Of a stretch of 64,000 nt of DNA, positions 53,709 through 64,000 are shown piece by piece (position 1 is the stretch's first letter; every line of letters starts with the position of its first letter). The translations under genes and the position numbers were made by a program. The stretch covers positions 1,735,873 to 1,799,872 of the forward strand of contig NW_018405342.1 in NCBI RefSeq assembly GCF_002113885.1, given 5' to 3'. The notes under the pieces are model-generated. The model saw only the letters and a list, made by a program, of their open reading frames with translations. It did no database searches and was not told the DNA's origin. Source of the DNA: Mizuhopecten yessoensis (lineage: Eukaryota).

Positions 53709-56700
53709 CTAACGCCGTACATCCATAGACACGAGAGCTATATCTTCCTTAACCTTCTTCATAGAGTTACTGCCCTTGTGTTCCGGTGCATTGTCAAGCT
53801 TCATTAGTGTGAAGAGGGCGCTGACCATGCTTGCGATACCCGAGAAGACGAAAAAGAAGATGACCACTGCGTTGTAGCAGAGAATTTCATTATCTGGGGT
53901 CTGAACTAACTCCCGTGCTCTGGTCCAGGCCCAGGAGATACTGAGGTACTCTCCCATTAGTACCACCATCACCAAAAACGTGACGCACCCTTCAAAACAG
54001 ACAAATGAAGAAATTACATACATACTTGTAATACAACTTATAACATTACATATAAAAAAAACACCTGATGATGACGTTAAATTAAGTTACTTTTTATCAA
54101 CGTTATGTCATACACAACATGTTGTTAAATCACGCGGGTTGATTTATGACGTTACTGGTTTGAATATGTGATGAAAAACACATCTTATGACGTCATTAGT
54201 TTTTATCCGTTATTATAGACAAATCGTATGACGTCGTTTACAATATATTTGTACCCTGATATACATTTTATATTTTCACAGCACTTATAACATTATGTGT
54301 TTGCACCCGTGACAACTCTTCCAAATATGCTCGTACCCGTGATATATAAAGCAAATAATATGACGTCATTTGATTATATCCGTGACAAAACTCACGTGCA
54401 TTGCTTACCCTCGACATATAACATAACACTTATGACGTCATTGGTTTGTACCCTTTACGACACCCACGAGGGTTGCTCGTACCCTCGACATATAACACAG
54501 TACGTGTGTGGTGTCTGTACCCGTTAAATTACGCTTACCATTGAAAATAGAGAACACGCCAGTCACGTAGTTGAAGAAGGTGTTTCGTTTCCATAGATAA
54601 ACAACAGTAGACAGTAAGGCACATATTGTCAGGATAATACCGAAAACTCCAGCAAAGCGAATAAACATCAGGAATCCTGGAAAAGATAAAATAAAACGTC
54701 CATTACTATTGTTTTAGCATCCTATCCAGTTAGCTTGTACAATAAACAAAATATGGCGCAGTTTTTTATCACATACTCAGCGCCATTTTGTACGTTCGAT
54801 TGTTTTTGCAATGACCATTTTTATTTCCTGAACAATGTCTGTAGGCAAGTAACTTGCAAAATTCCATTTGAAAAATGGACGCGTTATAACCAAAACATCA
54901 ATGGTACATTATTCCGACAAATGTACATACTATCTATTTAGATATGAATTTATAATTGATAACAGTTGTATATTTTGAAGGGCAAAGTTTAATTAAGAAA
55001 CTTTTATTACAAACACAGACGCTTTACTTGATAAAGAAGCTTGTGTCACATGCTTGTGTGCAAGACACCATTTAAAAATAACATCTCCGTTTATGACAGA
55101 CGTAAATCTTACACACACATATACACAAAAATGTATATAGAGAATCTGTCATAAGTTTCTCTTCATATTAAATTTATGATACACGTTTAGGATTTTTCAT
55201 GTTTGCGAGCCTCTGGCGAGCAAATATGAAAAATCCAAAACGAGTATCATAAATCTTATATGAAGGGAAACGAATGACAGATTTGTTTTAACATATAATA
55301 CAAAATAAACTGTATAATTGTGATCTGAAACGAATATTTTGCACTTAGCCGCCTCTGAAACGATGAAAATTGCGTCCGCTTCACAATGATGTGACGTCAT
55401 ATTGATTTTTCCTATTCGATTGTGACGTCATTTCCGTAAACACGTTTCATAAACATAGTTTATGTAATGGCTTTATGACACTGCATAACACGGTATTCAT
55501 ATGATACATAAGGTATATAGTATGCCACATTCTATCAGAGACTGCTTGATCCATAGACAAAAATGCATCAAAGCATAAAATTCGATATTTTTGCCATAAG
55601 GACCTTTCTCCGTGGCGCGCCTTATATAGAATGATGTGCTCTGATAATGTGACGTCATCATTTTATTCACAACAGCCTCGCATTAATATAAATTGTTGAT
55701 ATGTAATAAAATCAATACAACATGTATGTGTATATGACGCCACAAATACGCTTGTTTACTCCGCTAAATGTACACATCGACCCTTAAAATCCTGAGTGTT
55801 ATAACCTTCCGCATAGTATACTCATGTCATCTGCAAAGTCTGTCTGTTTGGATTTGGGATTCTATCGACAAGCTAAGGTCCTGTGACGACGGTGTGCATA
55901 GAGAATCGCAGCCGGTCAATGACCAGTTTTAAACGTCATTTTGATAAAATTAAATAGCAAAAACATAGCAGAATGATACTCAAACCGGTCAATACGCTAA
56001 CCGGAAGTGACGATGATGACGCCATCAAAACGGAAATTAAGGATGAGAGAGACAAAAATGAGTGTAAAAGGCTGCTACTTTAGGCCCCTTGTAGGTTTTT
56101 TTCTTTGTTAAGAGAAATATTTAATTGTCCAAAATAAAGCCGATGCTGCGTTTCTGTCCTTTAGATGGTTGCAGTGTTTTTCTATTTTCTACTCTTCTAC
56201 GTTAATATGTCTCGTAACACCTCTCATATCAATATATAAACGTTTATTTGCAACAAACAATATTAAGACAATTTTCATCGTCCAAGACATATGACATCAC
56301 CAAAAAGACGCATACATGTACCCTCACAATTAAGAGATACTTCATGTCATCACTACATAGACACGTGTCCTCTCTATTAATACATATTTTATCACTATTA
56401 ATACACATAAAATTTCTTGATGGATATCTGTCGCCATTCTCCATTCTCTCTAGGCGCATATCATCACTATCTTTAAACCTGTCATCATTATATAGACACA
56501 GGTCATCTCTCTCTTTATACCTGTCATCTCTAGATTGACAACTGTCATCTCTTGATTGACACCTGTCATCTCTTGATTGACACCTGTCATCTCTCTATGG
56601 ACACCAGTCATCTCTCTCTAGACACCAGTCATCTCTCTATTTACACCTGTCATCTCTCCCTAGACACCTGTCATCTATACCTAGACACCTGTCATCTCTC

Positions 56701-57758
56701 TCGAGACACCTGTCATCACTCTCTAGACACCAATCGTCTCTCTCATTACGAAAATCATCATTCTGAAGACACCAGCCATCTCTCTAGACACCAGCCATCT
56801 CTCTAGACACCTGTCATCTCTCTAGACACAAGTCATCTCTCTCTTTACACCTGTCATCTTTCTAGACAACTGTCATCTCTCTAGACACCAATCATATCTC
56901 TCTTGACACAAATAATCTTTCTCAAGACACCAGTCATCTCTCTAGACACATGTCATCTCTCTAGACACATGTCATATCTCTCTTGTAACGTGTCATCACT
57001 CTCACGACAACTTGTTATCACTCACTTGACGCCTGTCATATCTCTCTACACACCAGTCATCTCTCTTTAGACACCAGTTATCTCTCTCTTTATATCTGTC
57101 ACCTCTTGCTTGACACCTGTCATTTCTCTCTTGTAACGTGTCATCTCTCTACACACCAGTCATCTCTCTCTAGACACCTGTCATCTCTCTCCTTATACCT
57201 GTAACCTCTTGCTTGACACCTGTCATCTCTCTCTTGACACCTGTCATCTATCTACACACCAGTCATCTCCATAAACACCAGTCATCCCTCTTTAGACACA
57301 TGTCATCTCTATCTTGACACCATTCTCTACCGTCCTGACCCTGCCTGTTGAGGGACGTTAAGCCACAAACAACCAAACAAACATCACTCTCCAGACACCT
57401 GTCATCTCTCTATTGACACCTGTAGTCTTTCTTTAGACAAAGGCACCAGTCATCTCTCTCTTGACACTGTCATCACTCTATTAACACTAGTTTGACACCT
57501 GTCATCATTTAACGGATATATGCGACGCTGAAAAATCAAAAACAAAAAAAGCAAACAGAGCTTACCAGAACTTTCCCCGGTGGTCAGTTGACAAACTCCA
57601 TCCGTACACAGGACGCGATCCCAAAGACCGTAATTCTGGAGAGTGTCATCATGACCGCTTGACCACCAGATTTTCAGGAAGATCCCAAGGATGATGAATA
57701 GGACGGCAAGGAATTCCACTGAGAGCAATACCTTGTGTTTGATATAGTCGAGTTTCAT
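53709..57758 (-). CDS. Claudin/PMP22/EMP-superfamily four-pass membrane protein B (~203 aa); exons 57566-57758, 54539-54676, 53709-53989
   Basis: TM1 followed by WW...NYGLW-x4-C-x4-C. Canonical GT/AG phase-1 junctions in frame (GESS|GFLMFIRFAG...SIFN|GCVTFLVMVVL...DVRR*); four hydrophobic segments. Confidence 0.87.
56470..57505. repeat. Degenerate 21-23-bp minisatellite (gacacc[t/a]gtcatctctctcta) in intron 1 of claudin-like B, interrupted by a SINE tail at ~57335-57382
   Basis: Roughly 40 visible units; embedded ccctgcctgttgagggacgttaagccacaaacaaccaaac. Confidence 0.9.
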
Positions 57759-59792
57759 TCTGAGTTTGCTTGTGTCGTGGGGGCGTCTTGTCTAACACTT
57801 TGGTTGATGTTTGTAGAAACGTCTTCTCATATACACTCCGTGTATAACCTTGTACAAAACTTACAGTCTGAACTATCTAAAATAATTTGGTGAGATAAAG
57901 TAGAAATAAACTGATAAACAAAATAATAAAATATGTACATAGGTCCTACTAGCTTAATCCGTGAACATGAAACCTTTGCTATATAATCGCTGAAACCTAG
58001 TGTGTACTTCCGGTTTGTATGTACGCGTTGCTTCCGGCCAGGCCATAGACTCGTGCAGATACACTCTGGGAATATGGTTTGTGTTAAGTACATGTACACA
58101 TACACAAGAGAGACATTTAATGTATATATGCATATTAAACATATGTATATACGTATATGGATCGAACGTAGTTTTAACTCTCATACTGGCTCCGGCGTTG
58201 CAGGGATATCTGCACAAAGCAGTAAAGCGTTCTTCCGTCCGATTTACAACCTTGTCAGCGCAAAAATGTAGCATCTGTTCGTCCAATTTCACGCAAACTT
58301 GGTACAATGATTGACCTTGACAAGAGGATGAATCTAATCGAAGACAGAATTGATAGAATAAAGGTCAAAGTTATAAGAAACGCTTTTTATATTTATTAAA
58401 TTTTGTATTTGGGAGAGAGCTATGCACCAATTCACAAGTTAGAGAAGCTGGTTTTCCAATCCCTTTGTATCATTGATTGGTAAAACATGTCAAAACTAAG
58501 GTGAAACTTATGTTTTCTTGAACGTCCTCTAGGCATTCTCCTATTCACAACAGCTCGGCATTGATCTCAGAAAATTCTCAAATCTTAAATTTAAGATTTG
58601 TATTTAAAGCAATACTGAAAGATTCCACCATTGTCAATCATTTGACCTTTTTAGAAGATGTACTCTATCAAAAGTCAATGTCATACAATGAATGTCAATG
58701 GCCAAGGTCACTGGGACTCATGACACTCACGCTTAATTATCGTTCAAGCAACTTCCTTTCTGAATAGATTTAAATGAACCCAGTCATACGCTGGTCTCGT
58801 ATCAGATTACTCCGAAAAAGTTTGTGTTTCTCGGTATCAAAATTAGGTACATGTGATCGCTACTGTTAAATTTAAGTGAGTAATTACACGTTGTGTCGTC
58901 CCCCTCTCCCTCTGATTATAGTTCCCCCGTGATTGTTAACAGATGGAGTCTCGGAAGGATTTTCTCGAGGCCTGCGTTTCGTGAACCTAACCAACATTTG
59001 AACAGTTAGGCCACTCGTATATACATGTGTGTCAGGTTTTCTGCTTCGTCATTTTTTGATTTGTAGTTTGCAATCCGTGTTTTTATTGGTCAAATCAGCG
59101 AAAGTGATCTTTGTCACCAGTGAAACTTTTACAGAATAAATGAGTTTCAATATTTCACTGGCAAAAATAACATTTGACTCCATATCTGTTATTACAAATG
59201 CCGTGCGTTATTTAACTTTTGACAAACTCCCAATTTTATCTCAAGAAGTAACTTTTTCTGTAGTTCATTATATTTCATACTATACTTGACGTGTCTACCA
59301 GACAAGCTCTTGTTGGCTAATACTTTAATGCAAACATTTTTGTATTTTACATAAACATGTTAAAAAGTGAATGACCACGCGATGAGACGTCATCTCCTTG
59401 CCAGGATATCGTTGGGAAGGTACCACGGTCTGTAGGGGGTAGCTGAACCCGGGTATACCTGCAATGATCAAAGGTATGCTCCATAAACATAGGACTTTCA
59501 TTATGTTTAACTTGAAAAAGGTTAAAAAAAATCCGCAGTAATTTTATGATATAGTTTTCGTGAATCTAAGGACAAACATATCACAATTATATCCACAATA
59601 TTAATGCAGGCATTCTTATTTTGAACATTTGTAATTGACGAAAACAAATATATCTTAAATGCATGTTTTCCAAAATTTCTCTATGAGTTCCAATTGACAT
59701 CCGAGGATTATCTTGTCTTTCGAAATTGCCGAGGAGTTCCGATTGCCATGTTGTGACAGACGATATGAGAACAACGTTAAACCTACAGGATT

Positions 59793-60389
59793 GGTTTGGT
59801 TTAAGTTTGTTTTACCTCCTATTAACAGCCAAGGTCATTTAAGAACGTGCCTCCATGTGCGTAGTGTATGCGTGCTTGCGTGTATGTATGCAGGAGACAG
59901 GGTGTGTTGGTGTGATGCCGACTGTATAGTGCTATCTCGCTAAACTACCATGCCGAAGGCACGCAGCACAGCATTTTGCCCGATCTCAGTATACTGACAA
60001 CGGGTGAATCAGTTGTTGCCATTCCACTTAATGCTGAACGTTAAGCAGGGAATTACAACTACCATTTTTTAAGGACTTTGGTATGTCCCGGCCAGGGGCC
60101 AGAACTTATTGCCTTCCTCACCTGGGCGAACGCTCTACATTAAGGCCAAAAGTGAGGTGTTGCCAAGCAAGGCGCTAGGAAATAAAAGGTAGTTAGAAAG
60201 AAAGATAAAGATCCCAAATATTGCAATGGGTGCAGCAGATTTATTTTGGTCGCTTTTGTGTCCCCAAATAGAAGACACCAAAGCAAATCCCCAATTCTGC
60301 AGGGGGTTCAAACATTGGTCGCCTCCTACGGTACATGCAGTGGGTAACAGCAGGTGTATTCTTTATTCGATCCCAATCCTGCCGGGGTG
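59793..60389 (-). mobile_element. Full-length Meta-domain-like SINE with 14-bp target-site duplication
   Basis: TSD aaacctacaggatt at 59779-59792 and 60390-60403. Meta-like core (cagtatactgacaacggg...ttaatgctgaacg...accattttttaaggactttggtatgtcccggcc on +). Tail gcacgttcttaaatgaccttggctgttaatagga...caaaccaa on the minus strand. Confidence 0.8.
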
Positions 60390-60791
60390 AAACCTACAGG
60401 ATTCACGCAATTTAACCACCAAGCTTACTAAATAGCATTTACTTGAAGTTAAACACTTTAATGAAAACTGTCTAGATTTATAGACATATACCTCACAAAG
60501 GCTTCAACAGACATTTCTGATCAGTTTAATGGCATATGAGAATGTCACGGCCTTCAGTTTTTGACCAAGCCAAACCGGTGAAACGGGACGATAACTTCTC
60601 CTGATTGTTTTACTCCTTTATATATCCACCATCATAATTTAAATTCTACTTAAAGTATATTTGTTTCCAAATTTTGATACATTATTTACATGTAAATTTA
60701 ATTCAATTCACAAACACAATCAGAGGCACTTTATTTAACGGGCAAATTTTGGGTAGAGATCACAGTCGTATGTAAAACACTTGTTCATTGG

Positions 60792-62998
60792 CTAATCTAG
60801 TTGATATTGAGGTGAACTAAAGGGAAACAAAGTACATACCGGGCCAGATTGTGGACATGAAGAAGGGATTTGGAAAGGTGATGACGGGACGCTTCCTCCT
60901 GTAATGTTCTCGTAGACCCCGAACGACAGCATATAATCTACAAAAGAAAACATTATAGAAGTTCGTGTGAAATTTATCTAAACTATTAGTATATGTTTAA
61001 AGGGCAGAGTAATGAACAGCTGTATATGAAACAGTTTGTGATATCATTAGGAGATGTATGGCTATCTGCCGTGTAATGAAGGTTCGAGTAACGTTTGACA
61101 TATTTAAATCGCGATTTTAAGACGGATTTGCAAGAGTACGTCTTATATGTATATATACTGTACATGTACTTATACAAACGTTTTTATATTGAAATGTTGT
61201 CATCTTTTGGACATTGGGTTTTATAACTACCTGGACCGCTGAGGATGCTTAGGGAGGTTTCGGTCACCAGAAGACAATTATCTTTGGCGACAGTGGACCG
61301 GATGTTCCCGCCGTCACTAAACTCTTTGTACCATACTTGGACAGGTAGCTTGTAGATCATGTGGTTTCCGAAGGAAGAAGCGCCATCTGTTTAAATAATT
61401 CAAGCTATATCTTTAATAACAGTGCACCATGCGATTTATTTACTTATTTATTGTTTAATTTTTTCTTCAATGTGCAAAGTCAGAATATATTTGTTGATTC
61501 CATCAATGCGAAATCCTGTTCGCAGTCACCAAAATGTACTAATTAGTGGACGTGATTACCGCTGTTCTGTCATTTAGTTCGGATAAGGATAAACGGTGAA
61601 GCTTCCATATAAATATACCAATCACACTCTACTTCAGGTTTTATTTAAAATTTGACAGGAACGGCATCATGGGAATCTAACAAATGAGTTTTATAGGGGT
61701 CGTAGTAATCTCTATATGTACTATTACCCCTATACTGTATCAAATTCCATATCTGATAAGTCCAGCCTCTGTGGTCATAACGTCACACATACTGTGCGTT
61801 CGATTGACTTGTCCATTTACACGCCATATACATATTTCTCCTCTTCTCGAATTAAGATGTTATATTTTTTTCATAGCTCAACCAAGTTTTAAGATACAAT
61901 TGTTTGGATTTCTTTTGGTGCAAGAAAGCATGGATACCAAAGTAGTTCAAATTTTGAAGAAAAATGCTCACCCAGGAAACACGGAGAAGGCATGACCTCC
62001 GTGACCTTGTGAAGTGTACACACTTTTCCCACAATCCTCCATTCTAAACCCTGCAATGACAAATAAAAAAAATCTGATTTCAAAATGCAGCCAAATCAAT
62101 CCGAACAGAGTGTTCCTCAACTTGTTTGATACGTAATGATATCAGTGCAAGTTTGTCTCTTTAATTTGAATGCAATAGAAAATAGAATTTTCACAAATTG
62201 CATCTAATTTATTGATATTTTTTAAATTATATGAAAAGTATTTGCATGCTGTATATGAATACTTTAAAATGACACAAGTTCAAGGTCATGATCATAAATT
62301 GAGAGTGACAAGGACAATAATGAATTGAACATGTTTGTACTGAAAGCTCCTTGAAATCAAGAACAAATTTTTAAATAGATAAGTTCCATATTCATCAAAA
62401 TGAAAATAAAAAACAATGTCTTGGGATTCTGAGAGAAAACCCTTCAGATATACTAAAACAGTATTTTTTTCCCTTCTTTCGATTTCTCAGAGCCATATCA
62501 TATACCATAACAATTATCATCAGGAACATTGGCGTTAACTTGTATCGCTGTTTCATGTATATCATTACATGTACAAATAATCATAGATCCAATTTTCTGG
62601 AATGCCTTGCCATTTTCTCACATTTTTATCTTTTTAACTTATTTGGTATCTTTAACCAGTGGATTCTACGTCTTTCTAGACACCGGAAGTTCTCTTAGGA
62701 GATTACCGGAAGTAAACATCCTTACTTTGCTGTAATTGATGATACGTTGGACTGACGTCCGGTTATCGGTTGTCTGGTTGTACACATCGTGCAAGGTGGC
62801 CAGTCTGCGGCCAGGGTGGTCGTAATATATAAACGTGCTGACGTCAGCCTTGGAAGCTGTGTCTACCACCCTGTTATACTCGCCCGTATTCTGTAGGAGA
62901 TGTCCAGTCCATTGGTCAGGCGAGCAACACGGAGTCTGACCATTGGTCACTCCAGCAAATAAGAAAACCACACAAGTAAAAACAGTCCAAGTGATCAT
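60792..62998 (-). CDS. Ependymin-related protein (secreted/lysosomal EPDR family); exons 62726-62998, 61972-62050, 61231-61386, 60792/60840-60937
   Basis: Signal peptide followed by CCSPDQW and IYYD..RR. Downstream exons splice in frame via canonical sites: GLEWRIVGKVCTLHKVTEVMPSPCFL|DGASSFG...VQVW...TVAKDNCLLVTE...GP|DYMLSFGVYENITGG...PFQIPSSC. Typical Cys spacing and N-x-S/T sites. C-terminus is either read-through to TAG 60792 or a further exon after the GTATGT at 60839. Confidence 0.88.
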
Positions 62999-63577
62999 TT
63001 TAAGTGTTGTTCTGTGTCTGTTACTGAATATATAGGTTATGCATGTTATCGCCTCGTTATTACATCTGATAGAGTGTGTACGGGTGATAAGTGGCTATCT
63101 CACTGACCCCCACCTCGTATCTTGATTATGCTCCCTATAGATTAATTCGTCTTGTATTGTTTAAAGTATGTTATCGGTATACGATCCAATGTACCTTCTG
63201 TACGGATGATTACATACATTATTGAGGAAATCATGCACTATACAAATTCATATATACCAAACTATTTAAAACTTTTACTGTGTAAGAATCCATTAAAATT
63301 ATCCAAACATTTTTAATAGGTTTGAATATTTTTTTAATTTTTTTAGAGTATACAATACAAAACATTATGTGTCTCACCTAGAATTACTAGAAAGATGTGA
63401 CTATACACAGGCATATATTTAACACAGATTCGGAAAAAATGTTCTTAACTAATTTTTGTTTTTGTTTTTACTATTAAAGTTCCTTGTCCCACTGCACTGT
63501 GGGTTTTCTTATATACATTAACCTTTCGTAATTTTATTTTGATACATGTATCATAGTTAGCCCAAGACACTAACGTT

Positions 63578-63655
63578 GACCAGGTAGCTCAGTCGGATAG
63601 AAAGGTACATGTAAAATAACAAATCTAAGGTCCAGGGTTCGAATCACAGTCTAGC
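63578..63655 (+). mobile_element. Degenerate tRNA-SINE head
   Basis: gaccaggtagctcagtcggatag (A box) ... cagggttcgaatc (B box); no intact cloverleaf. Confidence 0.5.
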
Positions 63656-64000
63656 CCCACTGATTTTGTTTTCAAATTCAGAACACAGTCATTGCACCCA
63701 TCCCTCTGTCCTAATTTTGTTCCTGGCTGTTTTACCTCTCACCATCCCTCCCTGAACTTGACCCCCTTCCCCATCCACCACATATGCCATCCTACATGCA
63801 TTTTATTTCCTTTCTGTTTCAATAAAACCAGCGTTAAAAAAAATAACCGTTAATCGTTAATCATAATTTCTTCATTTCTTCGTTCTTACTTTTTAAGAAA
63901 GGTCCCGTAAGGTATTATAGCTAAAGTCATGCCAGAAAAACAGTTTCTAATGTGTAGCTTCAGCTTATAGCAGCGGTACGGGGATCTTTAAAAATCAACG

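Noticed and set aside
63578-63655. tRNA gene
   Set aside because: A and B boxes are present but there is no anticodon arm or acceptor stem pairing; a SINE-derived remnant.

Overview
AT-rich, intron-containing animal DNA. The repeat inventory (Meta-/V-domain-like tRNA SINEs, Helentron-type non-autonomous elements, Tx1-like LINE remnant) suggests a bivalve mollusc, possibly a scallop; this is an inference. I can support four protein-coding genes, all on the minus strand: (1) an almost intronless, full-length eEF2 paralogue (32659-35261) that has lost the P-loop lysine, switch I/Thr56, the catalytic His, the G4 lysine and the diphthamide loop, yet keeps an intact ORF, TATA box and poly(A) signal; (2,3) two tandem 3-exon claudin/PMP22-superfamily genes (42911-49044, 53709-57758); (4) a 4-exon ependymin-related gene (60792-62998). 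The rest is repeats: a 3.7-kb 24-bp satellite bracketed by direct repeats, a G-rich 24-bp minisatellite made by amplification of the A-box head of a SINE, a CpG-rich 42-bp minisatellite next to the eEF2-like promoter, a ~1.3-kb tandem duplication, and many MITE/hairpin elements. I found no identifiable gene in the first ~17 kb. The best candidate for new biology is the predicted pseudo-GTPase, diphthamide-less eEF2 paralogue.
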